A stretch of 64,000 nucleotides of DNA, taken from assembly GCA_003971905.1 (NCBI GenBank), contig RSEE01000080.1:124001-188000 (forward strand), given 5' to 3'. How positions within the stretch are numbered: the stretch's first letter is position 1; each line of letters begins with the position of its first letter. The stretch comes from Moniliella sp. 'wahieum'. Taxonomy: Eukaryota. Under the pieces are notes generated by a model that saw only the letters and a list, made by a program, of their open reading frames with translations, made no database searches and had not been told where the DNA came from. This document shows, piece by piece, positions 52,029 to 64,000 of this stretch. Made by a program: the position numbers and the translations under genes.

Positions 52029-53708
52029 TCAAGACGATGGCTCAGGTTGAGCCAACGAAGAATTGGGCAAAGTGGATGTCTGGGATGCAGAGGTGGCACC
52101 ATCAGTCTCCTGGCCTGGTGCGTGCTGCGGCACTGAAGGAAGTTGTGGCAAGGTTGAAGAGGGCTCAGGTTCAGGGAGGGCAGGAGCAACCTTGCTGATC
52201 TCGCCTGAACTCTGTTCGGGGTGGGGCTGTACTTTCCCTTCTGTCGCTGCCTCTTCGGGGATGCGCTCGGGGGCAGGCACAGGCACGGGTGCAGGATGGG
52301 CTTCCTTCTCCAGGGCAGCCAACTCAGCCGCAATTTCATCTTCATCAATCTCGTCTGCTCCCGGGGCAGGAGCAGAGATGGCGTCGGAAACTGCCTGAGC
52401 ATCCTCCACCCCAGCCTGGAGATCGTCCATTGTCTTCTCTACCCGGTCCAGCTGTAGACGCGGGTCGGCCAAGACATGGGCCAAGGCTGTGGAGGCCGAT
52501 TCGTATGTTTCGACCAACTTGGCGTCGGTAGATGTTTGGTCGAGTTTGAGTAGCACGGTGGCCAGGTTGTGTTCCGCACCCAGGCGCTTTTCCAGCAAGT
52601 CCATCAGCATCTTACGCGTCTTGAGATGACTTCGTGCAGTGGTAGCCTGCTTAGCCGCCACAGCTTTCTTTGCTCGCTCAGTGCACGTCTCAATTTGGCT
52701 CTGGAGCGAGGCTACTTGGGCTTCCAAGAGCGCATGGGTAATCCGCACTTGTACCATATCCTGTTCATGCTTTGTCACAGGACTGGCTCGCTTGCCCGAC
52801 CAGAAGCAAACTTGACCACGTCATCCTTAATGGACACAACTTGCAGGTCCCGCTCAAGGTGGAGCAGCAAAATGTCCAAGTCTTCCTGAGCCAACGGGGG
52901 AGCTGGGGTTGTCCCAGAAGCAGACTCCTTCCCTGGTTGTACAGACCACTTGGCCAAGACAGGCGCACACAGCAGACGAGCAACTTCATTCTTGGTGTAG
53001 AGCATGTCCAAAGGCGAGATACCTGCACGGTCAAAGTGCACATCCTGCATCCCTTTCGCAGCCTCTGAAAGCAAAGCAAGAACGACATAGTCGCCCTGAA
53101 CGTGATCCCAAGCCGAGTCGACTCCTCGTCTCCTCCCTCCTCGCCACCGAGACCAAGAGCACCCAAGGCGGCGGTCAAAGCGGCCATTGCAGCGGAAGCT
53201 GCCATCCCGCCTGCCGCTCCGACGGCGCGACGAGCCAAACCTCGCCCGTCAGTTGCGCCAGAAGCTCGGTAGGTACCTGAACCGGATGTGGCAACGCGGA
53301 TGGGCGTAGAAGAGGCGAGGAAGGCAGGGTACGAGAAGAGGGCGCCCTGGGAAGACAGCTCCTGAACGACCGCTCCCAACCCCAGTGGGCGGCCCACATC
53401 GTCGCGCGTCCAGAGCTGGCGCAGGCTTGGGTCCACGTGGAGCACCAAACGGCTCGAAGCAGGCTCAGACGAAGACACAGACACAGAAGGAGACTGGATG
53501 CCGGCCTTGGTACGCACGGCCAGTGGGGTGGAGGCTGGCGAGGGTAGAAGGCCGGCGCGCAGAGCTGCGAAGAGGGCGCGGCGCCACCAGAGGACCCGGT
53601 CGCCGAAGGCTGCTGGGTCAGCCTTGGCGTGTGCGCCCAAGTCCGACCACAGCCCCTGCGCGCGGTCGGGCCGGGGTCGGGGACGACGGGGGCGAGATGC
53701 GGGTCCAT
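52029..53708 (-). CDS. CHM7: ESCRT-II/III hybrid protein CHMP7 (Chm7/Cmp7)
   Basis: N-terminal LWSDL...FGDRVLWWRRAL...RPLGLGAVVQEL, followed by a Snf7 domain (LKTRKMLMDLLEKR, LVETYESASTAL, VEKTMDDL, DEIDEDEIAAELAALEKE). Confidence 0.88.
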
Positions 53709-53780
53709 GGGCGGCAGGAGCGTGTGGTGGAGGCAGAGGACGACGGGGCAAAAAAGATCAACGTTGAGATCAACATCAAT

Positions 53781-53801
53781 GTTGAACGTTCAACGTTCAA
53801 C
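53781..53801. repeat. 7-bp palindromic array GTTGAAC-GTTCAAC-GTTCAAC in the CHM7/MSM1 divergent promoter
   Basis: Read directly. Confidence 0.85.
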
Positions 53802-53937
53802 AGGAGCAGTCGGCTGCTTTTGCAACATTCAAGTGGGCGCTCGGCCGAGAAGGCCAGCCGGCACAGCTGGCGCTGCTACCTTCTCCCTCCCGCACGGCCG
53901 CCGCCCCGCCCCCTCTCCCCGCCGCCCACGGAGCGCA

Positions 53938-56078
53938 ATGCTCAGCCGCTGTGCGCTCCGCGCGCTGTCCATCCGCCCCGCACTGCTCCCGCTGTCTCTC
54001 CGGCGCGTGCTGCTGCCAGGCCGCCGCCATCCTCCCCCGCCGCTGCCTCGCCTCGACCAGCAAGCCCCCACGCCCGCGCCGGATGCGGCCAGCTCCAAGC
54101 CCTTCTACCTCACAACCCCCATCTTTTATGTCAACGCTGACCCCCATATCGGCCATCTCTACACCGCCGTTCTTTCCGACATTCTTGTGCGCTGGAATGC
54201 GCTCCGCCACCATGGCCGCGCACCCGCCGGCCCCTTGGGCCCCGCTCCCGACCTTCCCGGCCCGCTCTTTTGCACCGGCACCGACGAGCATGGGCTCAAA
54301 ATCCAGCGCGCTGCCGAGGACTTGGGCATCTCCCCCCGTGCGCTGTGTGATCAAGTCAGCACCCGCTTCCGCCACCTGACTGGGGCAGCGGGCGTTGCGG
54401 CCAGCACATTTATCCGCACTACTGAGCCACGACACACGGTGGCTGTCCACCAGATGTGGGGAAGCTGCAGGAAAAGGGCATGATCTACAAGGGTGAGCAC
54501 CACGGCTGGTATGCCGTGTCGGACGAGGCGTTTTACCCTGAGACGCAGGTCGCAGACTACCAGGACCCCAAGACGGGGGAGACATACAAGGTACGCCATG
54601 CTCCGCTGTTGAAGGACACGTCAGACTGACTCGGGTGCCTCAGATCTCCACCGAGACGGGCAAGCGAGTCGAGTGGTCATCCGAAGAAAATTACAAGTTC
54701 CGTTTGTCTGCTATGGTACCCCAGCTGATTGAGTGGATCGAGAAGCACGACCGTGCGTGTCCTCCTGTCTCTTGGCCATGGGAGAAACACAACTGACCTA
54801 CCCTTATTTGGTCTAGCTATCCAACCGGTTCAGTTCAAGGAAAAGGTGCTGTATGAGCTCCGTACACCCGGACAAGTGGAGGATCTTTCCATCTCCCGCC
54901 CTCGTTCCCGGCTGCAGTGGGGCATTCCCGTCCCCGACGACGAGGAACATGTGATCTACGTTTGGATGGACGCCCTGGTCAACTATCTCACTGCTGCAGG
55001 CTTCCCTGGCGAGTATAAGGCGTGGCCAGCTGACGTGCAAGTGATTGGCAAGGACATTGTACGGTACGCTGTCGCTCCACCCGCTTGATTTTTGACGAGT
55101 TCGACTGACCCATTTGGGCTGCCAGCTTTCATACCATCTACTGGCCCGCCTTTCTCATGGCCGCCGGCATCACACCTCCTCGCACAGTCCTGGTCCATTC
55201 CCACTGGACCGTGGGAGGGGGGAAAATGAGCAAAAGCGTGGGCAACGTGGTGGACCCCTTTTGGCTTCTCAAAACAGGTGCTGGCTTGATGCCGGAAGAT
55301 TCGCCCGGAACCCGGGATGTGGGACGGTACCTCTTGGCTAAGGCCGGTGGCAGTCTGGCCTCGGATGCCGACTACTCTCCCACGGTTTGCCTCGATTGCC
55401 CGCAAAGACCTGAGGAACCAATTGGGCAACTGACCTCCCGCATGCTCGGGCCCAAAATTCTCTCCCGCACCCCCCCTCTGGCTCCCCCAGCCCACCGCGT
55501 CATCTCCGGTACAGACCGTGTTGACCCAACCGACTCCTACGGAGAAGGATATTCCTGAGCTGGTGGAACTTAGAAATGCTCTGGCTGACTTGCCCGATCA
55601 GTTCGACGCACTGATACAGCGATACCGTTTCGCTGCCGCACTTGACGCGGTGTTGGAGGTGGTGGCTCGGGTACGTCCGATTCCTATTATGCTCGATAAG
55701 TGGGGCTAACCACGACCGTTTTTTTTCGCCTTAAGAACAACGAGTATGTGCAGGCGCTGGCCCCTTGGTCGTCGGCTACTGCACCAGAGACGTACGGACG
55801 GGCGTATACTGGACGATCGAGACGCTGCGCGTGGTAGGCGCGCTCCTGTCCCCCTTCATGCCGGAACGCATGGCTGTTCTTCTGACCACCTTGGGCGAGC
55901 CGGTCCCGGCATCATGTTCCCTCGAGTCGGGGGAACGCACTCCACCGCCTGGGGTTCCCGACGCCTCCCCGGCCGAGGACTCTTGGACTGACATTTGTAC
56001 ACGGCGCCCCGAAGTTCATCTCACCCTTCGCGGAGAGAAGTGGTGCCGCTATTCATGATTCCTGCAGACGAGCCATGA
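53938..56078 (+). CDS. MSM1: Mitochondrial methionyl-tRNA synthetase
   Basis: Arg-rich presequence, [63 protein letters not shown] and [10 protein letters not shown]. Several introns and indels. Confidence 0.96.
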
Positions 56079-56390
56079 TGCAGGAGTCATGGGTGGTCTA
56101 CAGCGCCCATGGGTTGAACGTTCTGCTTTTCGCGGCAGGAAACGCTTTCGCCTTTAGTGCTGATTAAAACAAAAGGACCATCGCATTAAGCAGCGCCATC
56201 ACTCGATGCAGCATAACTCAGACTATGGTGCCCAGTTCAGTAGGCATACCCGTTGAATATGGGTGGGGGGGGGGGGGGGAGGTGGAAACGCAGCTGGCAG
56301 GTGGTGGTGCGATAGAGACAATGGCATGCCATTGTCCGGCAGCCACGCATGGTAGCCAATTGGCCCATGCGCAGGGCTTGGCCAGCATCG

Positions 56391-57175
56391 TTACTGGGTC
56401 AATTCGGGGATCTCCTCGCCCTCCTTCTCCGCCGCCATTCACGCAATGCCTCAATCGTGATACGTGCAGTCCGTGTTCCTTGGCAAAAGCAAGGCAAGCG
56501 TCCCGAGCTGCAATCCCGCCATTCTCATCGGACGGATCGACCAATTCGCACAGCAAAGCGGCGGGCGGCTGACCCGTCGCAAGGCACAGATCTACCAGAG
56601 AGCGAAAAAGTCAGTAGGCACAACGGCCAGGTAAAAAAAAAACGACCTAAACGGGGTCAAACGCACCAATCGAGGCCTCGGTATGACCTTGGCGCACACG
56701 AGTACCGCCAGGGCGGTAGCGGAGCGGAACAAGGTGGCCCGGCCGGGTGAAGGCTTCAGGGGGGTTGCTCGGGCGCAGGAGGCAAGGAAGCGTGGGCGCC
56801 CTGGGCAAATCCCTTGGGGGGTTGGGGCAAACATGAGCAGCTGTGGCGGAAGCATTCGGGCGGTCAAGGCACCGGGCCGAGATACCGGTGGTGGTACCCT
56901 GGGCATAGTCGACCGTGACAGCGTAGGCAGTCTTGTTGCGATCAGTGTTGTTGGTGACCATCGGCGGGATCTGGAGGGCATCAAGCACAGTGGGATGGCA
57001 GGGGGGCAGATGTAGCGCCGAAGTATGCTTGACAAAGAAGGCCATTTGGCCTGGGTAATGGTGGAGCCGGAGATGATAAGGTCGCCCTCGTTCTCACGGT
57101 CCTCGCGGTCGAGGACAACGAGGAACTCGCCACGGGCGAAAGCCTGGAGAGCGTCGGGGATGGAACTGAGGACAT
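56391..57175 (-). CDS. RIB3: 3,4-dihydroxy-2-butanone 4-phosphate synthase (riboflavin biosynthesis)
   Basis: GEFLVVLDREDRENEGDLII, TAYAVTVDY..GTTTGISA, FTRPGHLVPL, RQGHTEASI|DLC and LLCELV...IAARDACLAFAKEHGL. Indels present. Confidence 0.95.
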
Positions 57176-60100
57176 GGGGACGGGGGGGAGGGAGCAGCGG
57201 GTGGAGGAGGGAGGAAGAAAAAACAACGACAACGAAGGAACGAGTGTGGGATGAGAGCGGAAAGTGGAGATGTGGATGGCCAGGGGGTTAAATGGAGCAG
57301 CCAGGAGCAGGCAGAAGAAAGCGTCCAGGAGCGTCCCAGAGCGGCAGAAAACCAGGAGTTGGCGGTCGGGTGGGTTGGCGTCCAAATTGAGCGTGCCTAG
57401 CTGGGATGGGGGCTGGCAGAGCGCTGGCCTGGTGCGGGCCTGGGCCCAGCGCGAACACGGGGCCGGTGTACCCTGGTGTCGGTGTATTCGGATCGGGGGC
57501 TGTCACCCAGCGGGAAATGATGCAAATGATTGATGATGATCGATTGGACTGAGATCCATCTTGTCGACGAACGCCGCAGGCCCCTCCTCAGGCCTCAGAG
57601 ACCTCACCGACTGCCCCTGGTGCCCGAAACCAGGACTCAGGCGCCAGGGCCTGCGACCCGGTCGTTTTGAGTCTCAGTACTGCGAAACGCAGTACTCGGG
57701 TACTCGGGCCCAGTGACGCAGACGGTAAATATCGGATGGGCCAAAGACCAGAAGAAGATTTGCGGTGTCGCGTGTGACATGTGATGAGAAACAATGCCCT
57801 TGCATATCACCTCGGCACGCGGCCGCACCCAGCCGTCCTCACGCGGGACGTCACGCGTGGGCTACTGGTCTGCTCCGCTTTGCACCGATCCGTGCTCAGT
57901 GTCGGGCCTGGCATGCATGATGCAGGCTGCAGGGCGGCCGCATTGAAAGTTTGATTTCCATGCCGGCAGCCTGCTCGGCCAGTCCGTCACATGTCACGCA
58001 TCATGCATCATGCTCGCTATACGCCTTGAAAAACGACCCCCAGCGACAAAGTGATGCGCGCTCGGTTGCTCGCGTTGCCTCTGTCAGCGCCAGCTGCCAC
58101 CATCTGATACAATGTTGCCACGGACGAAACTGGAGTGTGGGGTGCTCTCCTCCCCCTGGTAGGTGATGAGCCTCATCGCATAGGCGCTGCCCTGCTCGCG
58201 GAAGCAGCGTGGGTTCGGTGACGCGAGCGATAGATGTGGTGCATGCCCTGTTGATCGTCATGATAAGATCTCTCACTCTGGAGATCAAAAGAGTCATCAC
58301 GCGGGGTTGTGAAGAAGGTAGACGGGGGGATGGCACAACTACATTCGGCTTTGATCAGTTTATGGCACGGCTCCTATGTCGCACCCCCAGCCCTCAGTAG
58401 TATACCTCAGCAAAGCCTTGATCACCATTGCACTCAGCATGCGTGTGGCTGTGGACTACCTCCGCTGACCTGTCCGCCCATGTATACGCGGAGAGGAGAC
58501 TCTCGAGGCCGTGACGGTATTATCTTAGTTTATCGGACCGTCTCCTCAAAGTGGGCGCTACCGTGGGGTCAAAGAGCCCTTCAGTGGGAAGTAGATATTA
58601 AGCTGTGGGAACCGCGGGGCGCATCATCCCCGCTCCCGGCTGGTGGCCACTATAGTGAGAGCGCAACTGTTGGCATGCGCGCTCTGTCAAGAAGAACCGG
58701 GTGAGTGGATCGGTAACCCAAGAATCTAAAATGTGTCCCCCTGTGTTCATCACCAACTCAACAAGAAGACGAGAAACATACTGGGTGGTCATTCGGGTTG
58801 TTTCGTGAGTGGCGGACGTGTTCGAGCCGTCAGCGCGTCAGCAGTGGATATTTGATCCTATCACCCTCCAAAGGGCGTGGAGGATGACTCCGTCCTGTGA
58901 TCTTCAGTACCTCCTCGGAGCGGGGGGACACTTTGCTCTCCGGGTGCTGAGCAAGACATTTGCCTCTCAGCACAACGCTGACACTGCGGCGGGTGTCGCG
59001 CCTGGTGTTGTAGACACCGGTATACCTAATTGTCCCTCGTGGCATAGCGGGGCTTCGAGTGGCTGTTGAGCACGACGAAGGCATCTGGAGCGACGCAGAG
59101 GGCAACACGATTGTTGAGACACCAAGTCTCAAGAACGACTGACCAATCACTGAGCGAGTATTGATTCTAGTATCAAGTCGAACGAAAGGAGATGGAAAAG
59201 GGTGAAGTGGTAGCGATGAGAAAAGGAAAGGACACACGGGGGAAAGCGAGAGGGAGAGAACTGATTGCGGCGCGCGCGGGAGGGTGGCTTGGCTATAACT
59301 ATCCTCTATCACGCCTCGCGTGGCAACACATCCCTCGTCTGTCTGGTGCGACCGTTACCCTTTGCGCCGAGGAAGAAAAAAGGTCCTCAGGCTGAGGTCT
59401 CTCAGAGGCCTCAGCCCTCATCGATCATCGAGATCATGGCCCCCTCTCTATCAGATGGCCCCGACTGCCAGAAAAAAAGCTAGGGACGAGCTAATCTACG
59501 GAGGAGGGTGTCAGTGAAAACGTCGAAGAACGATGTAGGATGTAGTAGTCATGCATCATATGTGCATCATCATGTGTGAGGGTTGATTTCCCTCCGGGGA
59601 CAAAAGAGCTCCACACTCGATACATCGCTCTTCATTCATGAACGTTGAACATCATGAACTTCGTGCTCGCGATCAGCGCGCTGATGACTAGCTCTTTCCG
59701 TCAGTCGGGGCTATCTGATTGTGGCCAGTTGGTCACGGTGCAGTAGTGTGGCTTGCCCAGCGTTAAAAAATGCGGAGATGATGATCTCGATCATCTCGAT
59801 CATCGATCGAGAGCTATATTCACCGCCATATAGTCTTCTCTAGTATACTATCTTCATGCTTCATGAAAAGTAATAGTAATAGCACTAACAGCAGCAGAAG
59901 CAGCAGCAGAAGCAGCAGCATCAGTAGCATCAGTAGCATCAGTGGCTTTGGAGAACAGATCAACGAGAAGGGGCTGTTTATACTATCTAGGATCGCTACG
60001 CACCGGGCCGGATTCCCGGTGCTGAAATGTGGGGCAGCGGCGTCGTACATATTTGACTCCCCTCGGGCCGCCTCAGGCCTGTGATGCGTGCCGTTATTTT

Positions 60101-60489
60101 CCCGTTTCTGTTTTCCTTGCTTCGTACGCAGCCTATGTGGTGGCGACTGACTGCTTGAGGTCCCTCTTGTCAGTTTAGGCGCAGCGTTTATTTGTCCCAG
60201 CCTTAAGCGCTGTCAATGATATGGTTGCAGTATAGAGATAGCCGAGTAACCACACTTCCTACTGTTGGGTAAGTATTGTGCTGTGATAACCATAAAAACG
60301 CTCACGCTTCCCCATCACAACGGTAGGAGCGCGTTTGCACAGTATTGTCGGCACGGTATTAAAGTCTCGGATCGAGACTGGCTTCCACTCCCTTACCAAT
60401 TGAAGAGATGAGGCACTATAGCGATTGTCTGAAAAACCAATGGGAGGCATGATGGGGACGATGGCACGTGCTAGGCGATACGATGAAAC

Positions 60490-60820
60490 GCGGTTTCGAA
60501 GGGGCATTCATACAGGTGGGGGTGGGGGGTTGGGGGTAGCGGGACCGGCTCCAGAGAAGGGGGGATAGAGGGTAGCTACAAAAACGGGACGCATGGGGAA
60601 AAAAGGGTAGAATATGCGGTTTCGAAGAGAGACACGCGGAGGGGAGGGGCGTAGCGGGGGACCGGCTCCAGAGAATAAGGGGGGACTGATGGGGGGTCGT
60701 AGGGGGCATCATATGGAGCCACATAAAACACAGAGAAGAGGGAAAAGGGTCGGATAATGCAGCATCGAGGGGGACACCGCGACGGGAGGGGGGTAGCGGG
60801 GCCGGCTCCTGAAGGGGAGA
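60490..60820. repeat. Degenerate G-rich tandem repeat, three units, ~126-140 bp period
   Basis: GTAGCGGG(G)ACCGGCTCCAGAGAA at ~60536 and ~60651, and GTAGCGGGGCCGGCTCC at ~60793. GCGGTTTCGAAG at 60490 and 60616. Confidence 0.7.
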
Positions 60821-61792
60821 GATGGAGGGTCGTAGAGAAATCTTGGAGCGGCATAAAACAGGCAATAATAAGGGAAAGAGAGAAACGCGCGAAGAACAGT
60901 TGGAGAAATGCCCCAAAGACAACACAGGAATCGAAAAATGCATCCACTCCTCGGCGGTGATGGAGCAGCTAATAAGGAGGAAGGGGAGGAGCAGCATTCG
61001 AGGAATGCGGTCCCAGGACACCATTTATCCCCCCCCAAAAAAAGCCGCCATTGTTGACGGACATCGTTGTTGGTCCACTCTTATCCAGGCGAACCTAGAG
61101 CCGTCTTGGTATAGCGGGCGAACACAGTCTTGTCATAAGAAAGGCACCAAACGTCGTGTATTGGTGACCTCTTCGGCGAGTTCGTGGTGGCCACGTTTGT
61201 TCCACCGTTGTTTTCCTTAGGGATAAAGTACGCAGAGGTGTGCGACTGATGCCGGGGCCAGGAGCCCGGACAACTTGTGGTTTGGGGTATTGCGTTGGGT
61301 TTGCCATTATAGCAGCTGTGACCCTCCATTCGGACCAACTGCTTGATATGAACTGGCGCAGGGATTGGTGAGATGCAGGTGTCGTGTGGGGAGACAAGAA
61401 TCGATCCGAATCAGAGGTGAAGGACCACCACGGGCGTGAATGCAAAAGGAGAGGCAAGGCGAGGTGCAAGCCGAAAAAAAGCCGTATGAAACAGGGTCAA
61501 AAGTGGCGGGGTGTGGGATGACATCGATCGGCAAAGAAAAGCATGGAAAGCACATATACTGGAAACTTCAGGTAACCAACGAGAAACAGGTTGCCGGTGG
61601 CGCTGCACTAAAACGCGGAGAAGAGTAGAGTGTTAGTGGAATCCAGAAGGTGAGGGAAGAGGCACAAGTTGTGGGCACGTACCATATTCACCTCGGTGAA
61701 AGGGGGGGGGTGACTGGAGAGGGGAGAGGGGTCTCATTCGTGGCCAAAAACGGCGACAAAACATTCGTTCCATTCACTATCCGTTAGGGGAA

Positions 61793-62976
61793 TCAGGGGA
61801 AGGAGGTCCGTTCCCTCTCCCGTAGCATCCCAGCCTTCAGCCTCTGTTCCAAGGCCAATAATGCTGAGGTCACCAGTGCGGAAGTGCAAATTACCCTGGT
61901 ACTGACTTGCTGGAACAAGCCCGACCGCTTCCGCAGTGAGGTGGGACGAGGGTGGAGGGAGGTGATGCGACCCAGAGATGTTACCAATGAGGGAGGAGCA
62001 GATTCATCATCCCGTGGACTCTCGGGGATGGTTTCGAGGCTCCTCATTACCATATCGGTAGTCGGATTGTTAACCACGGGAGCCTGAGGCCCATATGAGG
62101 CCAAGGGGGAAGTTGGCGCCTCTTGGGGTGACGTGGGGACGGCGAGCACCTCCTTCGTCGTTGCTGCATTCTTCTTCCGGGTCGGACGTGCCGGTGTAGC
62201 ACGCTTGGCACGAGGGGTGCTAGTGGCCCGAGGCGTACTGGCTGGCGTTGCTTTTTGCGAAGGACGCGAGGAGTCCGAGCGGGTGTCTTGGGTGCAGTTG
62301 ACTCGGAGCCGGGGATAGTCGTCTGAACCGACAACTCTGCACCTTGGGGTGCCTTACGACCACGCCCTTTTGGCTGGTGCATGCAACTCATCCACATCCT
62401 CGACCGCGGTTGCTGGACGCTTCTTGGTGGTGGGCGCGGGCAGGGGACTAGCCGGGGTAATGCTCCAGTTTGGGTACCCACTTGCTCAGGAGCTGGACCC
62501 GCATCGGCAGCAGTAGCCATTGACGGGGAGCCATCAGCAATGGCTGGGCCTGGTTCCTGCTGGACATGTGCTGCCGTATTGGGTGCTCCAGTGCTCGAAA
62601 ACCTCCAAATTGGTATTGCTGGGCTACCGGGCCATCGCGGGGAGGCATCTGCTGGCAGTCGGACGCCATCGGGTGGTAGGCAGTTGCCATCGGCTGCGAC
62701 GCGCTGGGTGCATCCTGGAGGAGAAGGGGCGTTGCCAGCCCGCAGTGGGCATACCACGCACCAGATCCGTTTGAGCATGTTGGGATTGTACCCCGTTTGC
62801 TGGCCCAAACGCAGGCGCCTCTTTTGCTGGGTCACAGTGGGGACGGGAAGACGGTCCAGAACGCCGGAAAGAAAATCGTGGAGGAGGATCAAGCCGGCCA
62901 TATCTTCGGTAATCTCGCGGATGGTCATCACATCTTTGATGACGTCCACCAGCATCTCTTCGAAGCCGCTTAGCAT
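61793..62976 (-). CDS. Hypothetical protein with basic/Pro-Thr-rich (NLS-like) region
   Basis: Long ORF segments joined by a frame switch near 62255. Basic stretches KGRGRKAP and RAKRATPARPTRKK. Confidence 0.4.
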
Positions 62977-64000
62977 AAATACACCATCAACCCGTGAGCG
63001 ATGGACTAGCACCACTAAGAGGGTTTGGCCCGTGTTGGACGGTATGATGATGTAGGACCAGCAATAAGAAACCGTGGACGACAAGCAATCCAGCCGCGGC
63101 ACCGAGTACGCGTAATCGAGAGCCGACGTGAGCTGAGGAACTAGGGAGGCGTAGGGCTGCTGCGCCAGCGGCGGCGGGCCATGCTGCAGCGGGGATGAGT
63201 GTTGGGTGGCGTAGCAGGGCTGCTGCGATTGCGCTAGCGGCGGGCCACGCTGCGGGTTGGCGGCAATGGCGGGAGCAGCAGGATGCTGGAGGTAAGGTCC
63301 GGCGGCTCATAGCGCGAGGTGGTGGCGAAAGGGTGGGGGCCAGGGAGGAGGGCGGCCACGAGGGGGGGCATTTGTATGAACAAGCGAGCTGGAAGTAAAA
63401 ATGGCCAAGGCAAGAGAAATGCAAAATGATTTTCGGGAGAGACTGCCCAGGTGCCATGTCTCATCTCCGGTGATGGATACTGGATAGACAGTAAAATGGA
63501 TGATCCAGCGTTGATGGCAACACTTGCAGGATGCTGGCAAAGCGGCTGCAGCCGGGGGGAGTATTTCTCGTTAAAATACCGCTTGATACGAGCAGACGTG
63601 CCACACAGAGCCCCACTGCCTTCGCGTTGAACGTCTAAGCACGTTCGTTTCCTCTCCGCACGTTCGTAGTATTGATTGTTCCGAAGGGTGGGCCATTATA
63701 CCACGGGCCTAGCTAGCGATGTTGGCGATGGGGAATGGAATATCCCAGAGCTTTTTAAAAGGAGAGCTAGACCTAATATGGCCCGCGATAGACTAAAGAT
63801 GACAGCTTCCTCTCTTTTTCGGGACTCTCCATGTGGACGGACAAGACGCTCGTCTTGGGCAGGCCTTTTCCGGTGTGAAGGAGAGGATTGTTATAGTCTT
63901 CCGTACTAATACTGCTTTGTGGCTATAATATTCTGGAGAGGACGCCCGGGAGATGAAGTTCATCGTTCATCTGTCCGCCTTTTTGTCCTCGCAAGGAGAT

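Noticed and set aside
57176..57600. FMN riboswitch upstream of RIB3 (also checked upstream of RIB4)
   Set aside because: No RFN consensus blocks seen, and FMN riboswitches are not established in fungi.
59863..59945. Poly-Leu signal-peptide-like ORF on the minus strand
   Set aside because: It arises from an AGC/AGT microsatellite, with no other support for a gene.

Overview
GC-rich, intron-containing fungal DNA, most consistent with a basidiomycete, probably a smut-type Ustilaginomycotina (inference from gene architectures, GTRYGT donors and CTRAC branch sites). The window holds about 18 protein-coding genes. Recognisable ones are RIB4, a PPR-like protein, the MAPKKK BCK1, a PEX22-like protein, a CAX4-type PAP2 phosphatase that appears to run into a RIB2-type deaminase, an HSF-domain factor, the LIM-RhoGAP LRG1, mitoferrin MRS3/4, an ABZ2-like aminodeoxychorismate lyase, RPE1, an ADY2-family transporter, CHMP7/Chm7, mitochondrial MetRS MSM1 and RIB3; the rest are orphans. 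It also holds one intact-looking, very recent Ty1/copia LTR retrotransposon (identical 211-bp LTRs, CTGCC target-site duplication). Almost every gene carries 1-nt indels, many in homopolymers, which I read as long-read assembly error, so exact starts and ends are approximate. Main leads: (1) an apparent PAP2-phosphatase/riboflavin-deaminase fusion, a candidate for the unassigned fungal riboflavin-pathway phosphatase step, lying among loosely linked riboflavin genes; (2) a copia element whose gag and pol are in frame but separated by a single UAG, with a non-canonical primer site; (3) intergenic arrays of tandem 7-bp odd palindromes (NNT-N-ANN) of many different sequences.
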